Of a stretch of 64,000 nucleotides of DNA, positions 46,569 through 57,767 are shown piece after piece. The stretch lies in NCBI GenBank assembly GCA_964626665.1, contig CAZVGK010000009.1:24321-88320 (forward strand), given 5' to 3'. The position numbers were made by a program, and so were the translations under genes. Positions within the stretch are counted from its first letter, which is position 1, and each line of letters opens with the position of its first letter. Origin of the DNA: an uncultured Gemmatimonadota bacterium. GTDB taxonomy: Bacteria > SM23-81 > DAOVCL01. Below the pieces are notes generated by a model. The model was not told where the DNA came from and ran no database searches. It saw only the letters and a list, made by a program, of their open reading frames with translations.

Positions 46569-49271
46569 ATGGGCCCATTAAAACCTCTCTTCGGGGTAGC
46601 GGGAAGCAGGGCAAGGGTTGTAATTGCTTTCCTGTTACTGGAGCTTGTGGCTTCATTTTGGGTTTCAACAGCCAAGTCAAGGCCCAAAGTGGCTAATCCC
46701 TGGCTGGAAAACTTTGCTTTCCCACAGGAGAAGGAGACTTCCAGAGATAAAGGTGACAAGCCCACCCCCTGGATAATCTCCTGGATTGGGGCTGGTGATT
46801 TGACTCAGTACACCATTAGCAATGCCGGGCAGAGTGGTTATTTTGAACCTCCACCTAATTGGAGTGGGTATGATGGGACATTTCCGGACAGTTTTGCATA
46901 CGGAAATGGACTTTTGGCTGAGTTTCCAGCCGGTTCCAAGCAGTATTACAACTTTGCCGCCGGAATCTGGGTTGGTGCCCCCTATCCGGAGGTTCTTGGA
47001 AATGATACCACGTGGACGCCTCGCGTAAGCACGGGAGCTTATTATTCAGATATGGGGGCTATGAGCAGACTTCATCAAAGTAATGAAGTTTTCCCAGAGG
47101 GTGATCCCCATTCGGGTGAGTTCAAATATGTTCAACCAGGATGTGAGCCTCAACCCTGGCAGGAGCTGTGGCCTTATGCAGACACCAGCCTGAATTCAAG
47201 GAGACCACTGGATCACCAGATAGACCCGGACAGCGGCCACATCGTCTCAGATGAGGACACCTGGGCTGTGATGGGGGATTGGATACCTGAAGATTCAGCC
47301 AGTACCATCTTTATTATGGGATATGACACTGATGGTTTGGGAGTTAGACTGGAGCAGAGGACTTACTCCTGGCATAGCATAGGACATGATCAATATATTT
47401 ACTTCAACTACAAGATCAAGAATATGAACAATTTCGCCTTGGATAGCGTCTATGTGGGTTACTTTATGGACAACGATATAGGTCAGGCGGGGTTTGAGGA
47501 CCCTGAAGGCGGAAATGATGATCTGATCGGCTATAACAGGGCATTGAATTTGGGCTATACTTACGATTCCAACGGTAGTGAGCCAGGGTGGAAATACCCT
47601 GCAGGTTACATAGGTTCGATGTTCTGTAAGACCCCCCGGGATATTGGTATGACCGGCTTTCAGACCTGGACCAGGGAAGGGCAGGAGAATTTGGTGGATA
47701 ATACTGGTCGAGATGACCTTAAATATGCGCAGTTGGCGTGTAGTCCAGGTAACCCTCCACCTTTCGATACCGATCCAGAACATCAGTTTGAGACCTTTAC
47801 CGTTCCCAGAGATGTGAGGCATTTGATGGCATCGGGGCCTTTTAGGTTAGAGTCAGGGGAGGAGACGAAGGTGACCGTTGCCGTGGTGGCGGGGTTTACC
47901 TTTGAAGATCTTGTTGCCAATGCAGACTCGGCTTTGGCGCAATACGAAAGAGGGTATGTTTTTACCCCCTACATAGATAATGACGCCCCCATTGTTTACA
48001 GTGCTTCTGCAGATCCTGTTTGCACAATACTGGGAGACACAGTGAATATCAGTGTCTATGTTAAAGATGCCTCTCCCATCCAGTCAGTAATGGCTACTAT
48101 CGAGAGCCCTTATGGTGTCTTTGTTGATTCGGTTGCCTTATCTCCCAGGAAAGGGGAAACATACAGTGGTAGCTGGACAACTACACCGGGTATTGAGCGC
48201 CATTATAACATCAACGTAACTACTGCGGATAGCTTGAACAACTCCGAGGTTTATAAGAATTTAATGGGATTCACCACTAAAGGGTTTACCAAGACTGCCG
48301 ATATATTAGTGGTTGATGATGATGGCTACAACCATCCCAATTGGAGCCCAAGTCACAAGCCATACGAGTCATACTATACAGATGCCTTAGATGCCAATGG
48401 CTTCTCCTATGATGTCTGGCACAACTATTTTTACGGCATTCCCAGTGATAGTATCCTGAAATTATATAGCCAAGGTGCAGTCATTTGGCTAACCGGAGAT
48501 AAGAAAGGGCTTACTGAAGAGGAAGGAAACATAATCGCAACCTATTTAAGGGAAGCTGGTGGGAACATTTTCTTATCTGGACAGGAAGTTGGCAGCTACT
48601 ATTATAACTCATTTTTCCGTTCGATTCTTTCGGTGGAGAACAAAGGAGATGTGACTTTCAGTGACTTAAGAGTCTCTGGTGTTGAATCTGATACCATAAC
48701 CAATGGAATGAAATTCGATCTAAACGGGGGAACGGGAGCGGACAACCAATTGTATCCTGATGTTTTGGAGCCCCGTAATAGATGGACGGAACCTATCTTG
48801 ACCTATGATAGTTACTTCGGCTCCGAGACTGGCTCAGCAGCTATCAAGCACCATCATCCATATTTCGAATATAAAGCCGTCTATTTAGGCTTTGGGTTTG
48901 AGGCTATAGATTCTGACAGTATGAGGAATGTGTTTATGGAAAAGGCTCTAAACTGGTTCGGGATACCAAGCGGTATCGACAACGAAGATGAGGCTCAGAG
49001 CATCCCTAAAACATATTCTCTGGGCCAAAATTATCCAAACCCGTTTAACGCAGTTACAAAGATAAGTTACACACTGCCTAGAGATTCTCAGGTCAAACTG
49101 GAGATCTATAATATCTTAGGCCAGAGAGTGACCACATTGGTGAAGGGGAAGCAAAAATCTGGATACAAGACAACCGTGTGGGATGCGAACTTATTTGCTT
49201 CTGGTATCTACTTCTATCGGCTCCAGGCTGGGGATTTTGTGGAGACGAAGAAGATGGTTTTGCTGAAATAA
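46569..49271 (+). CDS. Secreted protein of unknown function with 'ILVVDDD' module and CTD
   Basis: EFPAGS...AGIWVGA, EQRTYSW..YIYFNYKIKN...DNDIG, SGPF.L..GE; CTD. Confidence 0.75.
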   Translation: MGPLKPLFGVAGSRARVVIAFLLLELVASFWVSTAKSRPKVANPWLENFAFPQEKETSRDKGDKPTPWIISWIGAGDLTQYTISNAGQSGYFEPPPNWSGYDGTFPDSFAYGNGLLAEFPAGSKQYYNFAAGIWVGAPYPEVLGNDTTWTPRVSTGAYYSDMGAMSRLHQSNEVFPEGDPHSGEFKYVQPGCEPQPWQELWPYADTSLNSRRPLDHQIDPDSGHIVSDEDTWAVMGDWIPEDSASTIFIMGYDTDGLGVRLEQRTYSWHSIGHDQYIYFNYKIKNMNNFALDSVYVGYFMDNDIGQAGFEDPEGGNDDLIGYNRALNLGYTYDSNGSEPGWKYPAGYIGSMFCKTPRDIGMTGFQTWTREGQENLVDNTGRDDLKYAQLACSPGNPPPFDTDPEHQFETFTVPRDVRHLMASGPFRLESGEETKVTVAVVAGFTFEDLVANADSALAQYERGYVFTPYIDNDAPIVYSASADPVCTILGDTVNISVYVKDASPIQSVMATIESPYGVFVDSVALSPRKGETYSGSWTTTPGIERHYNINVTTADSLNNSEVYKNLMGFTTKGFTKTADILVVDDDGYNHPNWSPSHKPYESYYTDALDANGFSYDVWHNYFYGIPSDSILKLYSQGAVIWLTGDKKGLTEEEGNIIATYLREAGGNIFLSGQEVGSYYYNSFFRSILSVENKGDVTFSDLRVSGVESDTITNGMKFDLNGGTGADNQLYPDVLEPRNRWTEPILTYDSYFGSETGSAAIKHHHPYFEYKAVYLGFGFEAIDSDSMRNVFMEKALNWFGIPSGIDNEDEAQSIPKTYSLGQNYPNPFNAVTKISYTLPRDSQVKLEIYNILGQRVTTLVKGKQKSGYKTTVWDANLFASGIYFYRLQAGDFVETKKMVLLK

Positions 49272-49362
49272 GGCCAGGTACCTCCAACAGGGTAGAGAGT
49301 TGAGAGGGATCCGTTTTTTGACTCGGTGGTTGCGACCCTCATTTTTCAGAAAGGAGAAGGCA

Positions 49363-52300
49363 ATGAAGAAGGCATACTTAGCTTTTCTGCTCACAGTTCT
49401 GTTTGCCAGCTCGGCCGCCGCCCAATGGCCGACCTTCAGCCCGGGTGTGCTGGACACTATCCAGGAACGCAAGGCGGAGATGTTTCGGTATCGTAAGCTA
49501 CGACTGGCTGAGGCTATGCAGACACCAAATCAGGAGCGATATGATGTGATCTACTATGGAATCGATCTGGCTATAGATCCAACTCAGGAAACAGTAACTG
49601 GGACGGTCCAGATTAAGGCTGCGGTCATTGATGATCCTGTCGACCATATGGAGGTGGACCTCTTGAACAATATGACTGTGACTCAGGTTATCGTCTCTGG
49701 AGCCACTGCCACCTTCAGCCATCAGCATTACCTCATTGACATTGAACTTGATAGGTCTTACACCTCAGGAGAAATCGTCGATGTTACGATCGATTACTAC
49801 GGCAATCCCTCAACGGGTGGTTTAGGTTCTTTTGGCTTCGACTCCCATGCGGGCAAACCTATGATCTGGAGTCTGAGCGAGCCCTATGGGGCCCGTAACT
49901 GGTGGCCATGCAAGGACCAGCCCTCGGATAAGGCTGACTCCGTTGATATAAAAGTGACTGTTCCTAAAGGTATGATCGTCGCTTCCAATGGCACCCTTCG
50001 CCAGGTGACAGACAACGGTGATACGGAAACCTACTGGTGGCATGAGGGTTATCCTATCGTCACTTACCTGGTATCGGTGGCCATCTATGAATATGCCGTC
50101 TACTCCGATTATTTCAAGTATTCGCCAACAGATTCTATGGAGATTAAGTTTTTCGTCTTCCCCGATCATCTGAACAATGTCCAGACCAACTATGCCAAGA
50201 CGAAGGATATGCTCAGGATATTCTCCAACCTCTTCGGTCTTTACCCCTTTATCGAGGAGAAGTACGGGCACGCTGAATTTGGCTGGGGTGGTGGGATGGA
50301 GCATCAGACCTGTACCAGCCTTGGAGGTTGGGGTGAGATTCTCATTGCCCACGAGTTATCCCACCAGTGGTGGGGAGATATGATTACCTGCCGTGATTTC
50401 CACCACATCTGGCTCAATGAAGGGTTTGCCACTTACTCCGAGGCCCTATACTTGGAGCAAACCAGGGGTAAACAGGCATACTTCAACGATATGAAAGGGA
50501 AGCAATACTTCGGGAATGGAACAATCTATGTCCCCGATCCCTCCGATGTAGGGCGTATCTTCGATTGGGGACTCAGTTATGCAAAGGCATCTTGGGTGCT
50601 GCATATGCTCCGTAATGTGGTAGGAGACTCGACCTTTTTCGACATTCTACGCGCCTATTACGACAGTGAATACCAACATGGCACGGCAGTTACTGAAGAC
50701 TTTCAGAATGTTTGCGAGTCGGTGAGTGGAGATTCCTTGGGCTGGTTCTTCCAGGAGTGGATCTACCAGGCTGGTTATCCCCAATATGAATTCCTTTGGA
50801 CATCCCAGGAATCTGACTCTGGATATTTGGTGGATGCCTATATCAGACAGGTGCAGACCCGATTTTCCCTCTTCAAGATGCCTGTGGATATATGGATTAC
50901 TATCTCCCCAGATTCAGTGATCACTGAGAGGGTGATGGTGGAGGGAGAAGAGGAGCATTTTCAAATCCATGTTCCTTTTCAGCCCGCAGATTTGCAGCTT
51001 GACAAGGACAACTGGGTTCTGAAGAAGGTAACCAATATAACCATTCCCATCGTCTCTTCTCTTGGCTACACCATAGACGATAGCGGAGGCAATGACAATG
51101 GCCGTCCTGATCCAGGGGAGGGGGTAGAACTAAGAGTAAAGCTCTTTAATCGCGGAGTACCGGCTAATAATCTTATCGGCACCATCTGGACGAAGAGCCC
51201 CTATATCAACATCACTGATTCCCAAGCAAGTTTTGGTTCGATAGGGGTGGAGGACTCGGTGGAGAACCTAACGGACCCCTTTAGTTTTGAAGTCACCCCC
51301 AGTTCTCCCAGTCATACTGCACTTTTCTTTTTGCAGCTTACTGCCAATGGAGGTTATCAGGTGCTCGACAGTCTCTGGGTTGGGATTGGCCCCTCGACTG
51401 TGCTTCTGGTTGATGATGATGGGGGAGCCAATTATCAAGGCTACTATGAGGCCAGCCTCTCCAGGTTGGTTCCCTATGATTTGTGGGAGACGGCCCAGCA
51501 CGGTTCTCCAGGGGATACATTGAAGCACTACCAGGCGGTGGTCTGGCTCACCGGCAACGATTCGCTGAGCAGCTTGACTTCAGATGAGAAAATGGCAATA
51601 GGCTCTTATCTGGATGGTGGAGGAAATCTCTTCTTGAGTGGTGAGAATATAGGTTATGATCTGGTGGAGGATGGTGATGCTTCAGATTCGACCTTCTATC
51701 AGCAGGTTCTCCATTCTGAATATGGTGGGCAGGTTCAGGAGAGAGATATGCTCTTTGGGACGGCAGGTGATCCCATCACAGATGGGCTAATGCTATCCTT
51801 GAATGGCTATGGGGGAGCGGATAATCAAAGGCATCCAGATGTAGTTTCTCCCAGCTCTGGAGCTTTTACCATCTTCAAATATTATCCTTCCGGGTCTCCT
51901 GAATCAGCAGCCATTAGGTATGAGGGTTCCTGCCATCTGGTCCACTTTGGCTTTGGCTTCGAGGCCCTCACCGGGGAAACACCTGAGCAAAGCCTGGTGG
52001 CGAGGACAGGGTTGTTAAACAACATCATGGGATGGTTTGGGGTGGCCACAGAGGTTAAAGATAGCGAGAGCATTAAGCCCATCCCCTCTGGATATACCCT
52101 CTTCCAGAACTATCCCAATCCATTTAACTTGACTACAGCTATCAGTTATCAGCTATCAGGGGTCAGGCCGCGCCACATCACCCTGAAGGTTTACAACATC
52201 CTTGGCCAGGAGGTGAGGACTCTGGTGGATGAGGAGCAGAAGGCTGGGAATTACCGGGTTCTGTGGGATGGGAAAGATGGTTTGGGCAGAGATGTATCCA

Positions 52301-52371
52301 GCGGGGTCTATTTCTACAGGTTGCAAGCGGGAAAGTTTTCGCATACCAGGAAGATGATCCTGCTGCGGTAA
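49363..52371 (+). CDS. Secreted M1 aminopeptidase with 'LLVDDD' module and CTD
   Basis: GGMEH, HELSHQWWG-x-WLNEGFA, Y.K.SWVLHML; AGGAG RBS before ATG 49363. Confidence 0.9.
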   Translation: MKKAYLAFLLTVLFASSAAAQWPTFSPGVLDTIQERKAEMFRYRKLRLAEAMQTPNQERYDVIYYGIDLAIDPTQETVTGTVQIKAAVIDDPVDHMEVDLLNNMTVTQVIVSGATATFSHQHYLIDIELDRSYTSGEIVDVTIDYYGNPSTGGLGSFGFDSHAGKPMIWSLSEPYGARNWWPCKDQPSDKADSVDIKVTVPKGMIVASNGTLRQVTDNGDTETYWWHEGYPIVTYLVSVAIYEYAVYSDYFKYSPTDSMEIKFFVFPDHLNNVQTNYAKTKDMLRIFSNLFGLYPFIEEKYGHAEFGWGGGMEHQTCTSLGGWGEILIAHELSHQWWGDMITCRDFHHIWLNEGFATYSEALYLEQTRGKQAYFNDMKGKQYFGNGTIYVPDPSDVGRIFDWGLSYAKASWVLHMLRNVVGDSTFFDILRAYYDSEYQHGTAVTEDFQNVCESVSGDSLGWFFQEWIYQAGYPQYEFLWTSQESDSGYLVDAYIRQVQTRFSLFKMPVDIWITISPDSVITERVMVEGEEEHFQIHVPFQPADLQLDKDNWVLKKVTNITIPIVSSLGYTIDDSGGNDNGRPDPGEGVELRVKLFNRGVPANNLIGTIWTKSPYINITDSQASFGSIGVEDSVENLTDPFSFEVTPSSPSHTALFFLQLTANGGYQVLDSLWVGIGPSTVLLVDDDGGANYQGYYEASLSRLVPYDLWETAQHGSPGDTLKHYQAVVWLTGNDSLSSLTSDEKMAIGSYLDGGGNLFLSGENIGYDLVEDGDASDSTFYQQVLHSEYGGQVQERDMLFGTAGDPITDGLMLSLNGYGGADNQRHPDVVSPSSGAFTIFKYYPSGSPESAAIRYEGSCHLVHFGFGFEALTGETPEQSLVARTGLLNNIMGWFGVATEVKDSESIKPIPSGYTLFQNYPNPFNLTTAISYQLSGVRPRHITLKVYNILGQEVRTLVDEEQKAGNYRVLWDGKDGLGRDVSSGVYFYRLQAGKFSHTRKMILLR

Positions 52372-52423
52372 ATGTCGATGTTTCCTAAGTTGGGTATCTC
52401 AGAATTAGCGGGAATTTAGATCT

Positions 52424-53518
52424 TTGAAGTTCCAACCCACCAAGGTTTACATAGATGAGGAGGCGCTCGATTACCCCCTTACCTCCCGGATCTTAGGAAA
52501 GCTTAAGGGAGTTCCTCAGGAGGTAATCTCCAGTTCCCAGAAGTTGGTGAAGGGGTTTTATCAGCGCAAAGATCCTATTGGAGAGGGGAAGAGGATATTG
52601 CATCTTCAGGTGCAAAAAGGGAGATTTCTCCAGCCCTGTCCAGGGACGAAGAACTACATCTGCTGTCTGTATCAGATCCTGGACCTGGCCACAAATTGTA
52701 ATATGGACTGTAGCTACTGCATCCTTCAGGCTTACTTAAATAATCCCTTCCTTGTCCAATATGTGAACATAAATGATCTCTTCTGCGAGCTGAACAGGGA
52801 GGTAAAGGGAAATGGGGGTGTGGTCTATCGTATAGGGACGGGCGAGCTTACCGACAGTTTGAGCTTGGATCACATAACGGGTTTGAGCCAAGATCTGGTC
52901 TCTTATTTCTCTGGGCTTACCAACGCCTGCCTGGAGCTAAAGACTAAATCGGTTGAGATTCAGAACCTCTTTGGTCTAGCTCACAAGGGAAGAACGATCG
53001 TTGCCTGGTCCTTAAATCCAGACCCAATTATTTCTTCTGAGGAATTGGGTGCTCCTTCCCTCCGGCAAAGGTTGGAGGCAGCCAGGCTTTGCCAGGAGGC
53101 TGGCTACAGATTAGGGTTCCACTTCGATCCTCTCATTGCCTACCCAGGATGGGAAGGAAGTTACAGGGATGTGGTAGAGGCCCTCTTCCAAGCTATAGAT
53201 CCGCAGAGTATTGCCTGGATCAGCCTGGGGGCTTTGAGGTTCCCCCCTCAGATGGAGGGGATACTCAGGGAGAGATTCCCTCAATCCGACCTAATAAGGG
53301 GGGAGCTCTTCCGCGGATTGGATGGGAAGCTGCGGTATTTCAGACCGATAAGAACTGAGCTCTTCAAGAAGGTCTCCGGTTGGATCAAGGAGTTTGCTCC
53401 AGATGTATTTGTCTATCTCTGTATGGAAAGCCCCCGGGTGTGGAGGGATTCCTTAGGTTGGGTTCCTCAGAACGATAACGAGCTCAGGCGTCTTTTAGCT
53501 CAAAGATGTGTGGAGTGA
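52424..53518 (+). CDS. Spore photoproduct lyase-like radical SAM protein
   Basis: CNMDCSYC, GTGELTDSL, LELKTKS, GFHFDP, YLCME. Confidence 0.85.
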   Translation: MKFQPTKVYIDEEALDYPLTSRILGKLKGVPQEVISSSQKLVKGFYQRKDPIGEGKRILHLQVQKGRFLQPCPGTKNYICCLYQILDLATNCNMDCSYCILQAYLNNPFLVQYVNINDLFCELNREVKGNGGVVYRIGTGELTDSLSLDHITGLSQDLVSYFSGLTNACLELKTKSVEIQNLFGLAHKGRTIVAWSLNPDPIISSEELGAPSLRQRLEAARLCQEAGYRLGFHFDPLIAYPGWEGSYRDVVEALFQAIDPQSIAWISLGALRFPPQMEGILRERFPQSDLIRGELFRGLDGKLRYFRPIRTELFKKVSGWIKEFAPDVFVYLCMESPRVWRDSLGWVPQNDNELRRLLAQRCVE

Positions 53519-53542
53519 TGACCGCAAAATATGCATAAACCA

Positions 53543-53757
53543 CAGCGCGGCAAAGCCGCGACCAAACAATAGCCACAGATTACACGGATGAAACACGAAT
53601 GACACAAATGGACGAATCTACACGAATAGACAGTTGTATAAATACGGTCTTTACACTTCTACCGGACTTTAGTCGGGGTAACCTCTCCTGGGCTTTAGCC
53701 CAGGAGCCCCCTCGGGTGAAAGAGGGGGTTAAACTCAAATTTTGTTAGTTCTTTACT
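53543..53757. repeat. Composite intergenic repeat (cassette-free relative of 40817-41965)
   Basis: Same blocks as 40817-41965; an inverted partial copy lies at 29711-29760. Confidence 0.7.
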
Positions 53758-53809
53758 CTGAATATCTGGTGATAATCTCGTGGTTTCCTAACACATAATC
53801 CCGGGTAAA

Positions 53810-54745
53810 ATGCCTGCTAATCTCCCCCCGCAATATATTGAATTAGAGAAGAGGTATAGGGAAGCCAAGGACCCTGAAGAGAGGCTTCTCCTCCTCAAGG
53901 AACTTCTGGCCATTATCCCCAAGCACAAGGGGACAGAGAAACTTCAGGCTGAGCTAAAGAGGAAGATCTCCAAATTAGGGGATCAGCTTCAATCCAGAAG
54001 GGTATCTGGCAAGAGGATGGCCCCCTATCGGGTGGAGCCAGAGGGGGCGGCAAGGGTAGCCTTAGTGGGAGAGCCAAACAGCGGTAAGTCATCGATTCTG
54101 GCTAGCCTTACCAATGCTTCTCCCCAGGTTGCCTCCTACCCATTTACTACCCAACTTCCTCAGCCGGGGATGATGCCCTACCAGGATATTCAGATCCAGC
54201 TTGTTGACCTCCCCCCCATCTGTCCTGACTATCGGGAGCCCTGGATTTTCGACCTAATCAGGGGAGCGGACCTCCTCCTGTTGATAGCCGATCTGGGGGC
54301 CCCCGCGGTGGAACAGGTGAGATACCTCCTGCAGGAGTTGGAAGGGATGAGGATAGCAAAGCCTTCCCTTTTAGTGGGGAACAAGATTGATTTGGATAAG
54401 GGAGAGGGCAAACTCCTCGCAGAAACCTATGGTCACTCTATTCCCGTCCTCCTTGTCTCCGCTCAACAAGGGAAGGGGATGGATGAGCTGCGGGGGAAGA
54501 TCTTCCTCAGCCTGAATCTGGTCAGGGTCTATAGCAAGGTGCCGGGGAAGAAGCCGGATATGGACCAACCATTTGTCTTCCCCCAGGGGACAACGGTGCT
54601 CGAGGTGGCTACGGCCATCCACAAGGAGGTAGCCGCCCAGTTCAGGTATGCCCGCATCTGGGGTGAGGGGAAACCGGAAGGGATTATGGTTCCCACCGAC
54701 TACCAGGTTAGGGATGGGGATGTCCTGGAAATCCATCACTCTTAA
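53810..54745 (+). CDS. DRG/OBG-like GTPase with TGS domain
   Basis: MPANLPPQY, PKHKGT, GEPNSGKS, YPFTT, DLP, NKID, C-terminal TGS. Confidence 0.88.
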   Translation: MPANLPPQYIELEKRYREAKDPEERLLLLKELLAIIPKHKGTEKLQAELKRKISKLGDQLQSRRVSGKRMAPYRVEPEGAARVALVGEPNSGKSSILASLTNASPQVASYPFTTQLPQPGMMPYQDIQIQLVDLPPICPDYREPWIFDLIRGADLLLLIADLGAPAVEQVRYLLQELEGMRIAKPSLLVGNKIDLDKGEGKLLAETYGHSIPVLLVSAQQGKGMDELRGKIFLSLNLVRVYSKVPGKKPDMDQPFVFPQGTTVLEVATAIHKEVAAQFRYARIWGEGKPEGIMVPTDYQVRDGDVLEIHHS

Positions 54746-55031
54746 GTTTCAAGGGCAAAATCCAAAATCAGAATGATGGGTGTTCTCCGCCGACCCATCT
54801 TTTCAAATTGAAATAGGGATTGAATGAAGGCAAAGGAGGTTAACCTTCTAACGAAAACAAATTGCTTTTCACTTTGGATCAGAAGTTGCAAGATTTCTCA
54901 AATATAATTATAGTTTTGCCTCTTCCCCATCAGTGCAGGTGCCCAACCAGCACTATTACCTCTCCTCGGTCCTTTAGTCTTTTAAGAGCTTAACTTAGCT
55001 CTTGACAAACCGAATGGTTTACCTTATCCTT

Positions 55032-55069
55032 AAAAAAGCAGAGGCCACCATTGCTGGTGACCTCTGCTT
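55032..55069. terminator. Terminator between convergent genes
   Basis: AAAAAAGCAGAGG...CCTCTGCTT. Confidence 0.7.
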
Positions 55070-55090
55070 ATTGCCGGATTCGGGTGGAGG

Positions 55091-57745
55091 TTATTTCAGG
55101 AGGATCATCTTCCTGGATTGCGCAAAATCTCCCGCCTGAATCCGGTAAATGTATACCCCACTGGCTAACCGACTTGCATCCCACCTGCTAACCTTGTAAC
55201 CAGCTTTTTGCTCCCCATCCACCAGTGTAGTCACCTTTTGCCCCAGTATGTTGTAAACATCCAGCCTCACCCAGCAATCCCTGGGCAAAGCGTATTTGAT
55301 CTGCGTGCTGGGATTAAATGGGTTAGGGTAGTTCTGGGAGAGGGTAAACTCCTGAGGCAAGGACTTCTCAGGGGAAGGTTCACTTACCCCTACTACTGGC
55401 CCCTCTAACCAGGGGCGGTAGGCCACCCAGTCGGTGACCTTGTCCCCTGCCCCTTCAGGGTTGTAGTCCGGAGGCCCAGAACTGGGATCATTGGGCCCAC
55501 TGGCATCCCCCCACCAATTACTGTCTGCATCCACCACAACCGATGCACAGGTGTTCTGCACACCATACTCGGAATTTTCGTAGATGTCACACCCCTGAAT
55601 GATGGGTGCAGACACATTTTGGCACAAAATCCCAGTATTGGCATTGTAGCTGACCCTACAACTGTCAATAAGAGGTGAGGCCCCATCTGAACAGGTAATT
55701 CCGTATTGATTAGCCCAGACGGTGTTATGGCTCAGCGTAGGTGAAGAGCTATGGCAACTGATGCCTGTATTTGCATACTGCACATAGCAATAGTCGAGAA
55801 TGCCGGCTGTGTCGTGGCTTTGGGAACTAAACTCTATCCCTCCCCATCTGCCACTTCCTGGGGTTTTGGTAAAGGTTATCATTGAGGTAGGAGTTCCCAG
55901 AGCCCTTAGGGCACCGTCCACAATCAGGGATGCATCGGGGGAGAACTCTATCTGGGAGCCAGGATTGATCACCAAAGCACAGGAGTCCACAGCACAGGTA
56001 TCACATCCCATCGTGCCAGAAGGACCGATAGACTCACAAACAACGAGAGGAGAGTCGCAAACAACATAAGGAAAGACCTTTACCACTACATCACCCACTA
56101 CCAGATTATCACCCTCCCAAACAGAAGGCCTCTCTATTGCTCCCGCCCACCTATTGTTGTAAAAGCTGGCATCAATGGTCAAAGGTGATTGGTCTCTGAT
56201 TATCCCCTCGGTGGAGAATCCAGTGGCTATAGGCTGACTTCCCCAGAGGCTGTCTACTGGGGTATCGGCAGGGTATCCCCCTGTGCTGGGCGTGGACAGC
56301 GGTGTGAAGGCATCCTTGCCCGTGTTGCCCGGCCACAGATCTCCTACAGGATCATCATAGTCATTGTCCGCTCTCTCCACCGTCTCGTAGAGATGACCAG
56401 CCCCATAAGGCCAAATTGCATGCCAGATCAGAACGCCATCGGTGGAGGGATCAGAAGCATAGTAGGTGTATTTGTCAAATTTGTAGCCCTGACCTTCTGT
56501 TGTCCTGTATTCCACCACAAAGAACTCCTTTGTATACCGGCCATTATCCACCGGATAGATATAAGCCTGGTTGCTCGTCTCCACCGGGAAGAGCACCTGG
56601 TCCGGAAGCTCAGAATCCACATAGCTGGGCTCGAGCCAGCCGAGGTGTAGCTTGCTGATGGCGTTTATATGAGCCGGGCAGGCACCGTGAATGCGGTTAT
56701 ATGGTTCCTGCGAGGGTTTAGGCAATCTCCACCCATACCCCATCAGGTCCCAGTAAACGGGTTCACCAGGGTAGTCGTATTTATCGTGCAAGCCCAGGAG
56801 GTGCCCAATCTCATGACAGTGAACCCCGATATGGCAGAAATACTCACCAGCATCATAGCTCTGGGTCTCGGACATAAAGTAGTGATTGCCCACCGCATGA
56901 GGCCACAGACCATTTCCATAACCCTGCACATTCCAGTCTCCCGCATAGAGGATACAGAGATTATCATAGCTGTCTGGATCGAATCCGGCGGCCTCTGCGG
57001 CCGTTATCGCCTCCAGATAGAGGTTCCCTGAGCCTGTGTTGTAGTAGTCCATACAACTGTCCGCCTCATACCAGACCGGATGGCCATCATCTGGATTGAG
57101 TATATCCCCAATAATGGACATCTGCCCATAAGCGACCTCCTGCCAGAAGTCATTTACGCTGCCAAAGACCTGGTCTTGGTCTTGGGGGTTCTCTTCATCA
57201 CAGTGGGGTGAACGCGCAGGGGGGACATAAGTTTCATTTGAGAAGAAGAGGTTCTCAAAAGCGGACATTCTGTAGCCTGGCTTATTATGCTTACAAGACT
57301 TGTGCCTCTTATCCGGAAATTCGATGAGGATGACCCCCAGACTTACATTCTCATAGAGTGGTTCCGGGGTCCTCTGGGCATTCACACTGTCCCTCACCGC
57401 AAGCAACTCCGCTTTCTTGGGATCGGCGAAATCAAGATATGGAGAGATACCCTTGCTTTCCGGATCAACTGTCCCTACCTTCCACTCAGTAGGCACCAGA
57501 TCTCCCTCAGCATTCTGCTGAGCATAGTAATACCAGTGGTCAGTGTAGCCTTTGACAAAGGTGTATCCATCCTCGGTCTCATAGCGATGGATGAACTCAT
57601 CGCCGAAACCTTGGCCCATAAATACAGAACTGTCTGGTTGAATAAATGGCCTCAGATGACCATCATCCGGCACAGGATAAACCTGGCTAAAGAGACCCAG
57701 AGCCAGAATAGCTGCACTTGTCAAAAGAAGGATTTGCCTTTTCAT
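55091..57745 (-). CDS. Secreted M6 (immune inhibitor A-like) metalloprotease with beta-helix domain and CTD
   Basis: GDEF.H..ET.DGY; ILIEFPD; GSVNDFWQE; HEIGHLLGL; WDLMG; GVLIWH; NWWG..SGP; CTD. Confidence 0.88.
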   Translation of the reverse strand: MKRQILLLTSAAILALGLFSQVYPVPDDGHLRPFIQPDSSVFMGQGFGDEFIHRYETEDGYTFVKGYTDHWYYYAQQNAEGDLVPTEWKVGTVDPESKGISPYLDFADPKKAELLAVRDSVNAQRTPEPLYENVSLGVILIEFPDKRHKSCKHNKPGYRMSAFENLFFSNETYVPPARSPHCDEENPQDQDQVFGSVNDFWQEVAYGQMSIIGDILNPDDGHPVWYEADSCMDYYNTGSGNLYLEAITAAEAAGFDPDSYDNLCILYAGDWNVQGYGNGLWPHAVGNHYFMSETQSYDAGEYFCHIGVHCHEIGHLLGLHDKYDYPGEPVYWDLMGYGWRLPKPSQEPYNRIHGACPAHINAISKLHLGWLEPSYVDSELPDQVLFPVETSNQAYIYPVDNGRYTKEFFVVEYRTTEGQGYKFDKYTYYASDPSTDGVLIWHAIWPYGAGHLYETVERADNDYDDPVGDLWPGNTGKDAFTPLSTPSTGGYPADTPVDSLWGSQPIATGFSTEGIIRDQSPLTIDASFYNNRWAGAIERPSVWEGDNLVVGDVVVKVFPYVVCDSPLVVCESIGPSGTMGCDTCAVDSCALVINPGSQIEFSPDASLIVDGALRALGTPTSMITFTKTPGSGRWGGIEFSSQSHDTAGILDYCYVQYANTGISCHSSSPTLSHNTVWANQYGITCSDGASPLIDSCRVSYNANTGILCQNVSAPIIQGCDIYENSEYGVQNTCASVVVDADSNWWGDASGPNDPSSGPPDYNPEGAGDKVTDWVAYRPWLEGPVVGVSEPSPEKSLPQEFTLSQNYPNPFNPSTQIKYALPRDCWVRLDVYNILGQKVTTLVDGEQKAGYKVSRWDASRLASGVYIYRIQAGDFAQSRKMILLK

Positions 57746-57767
57746 TTCAATCCCCTTGGTTTGAAGG

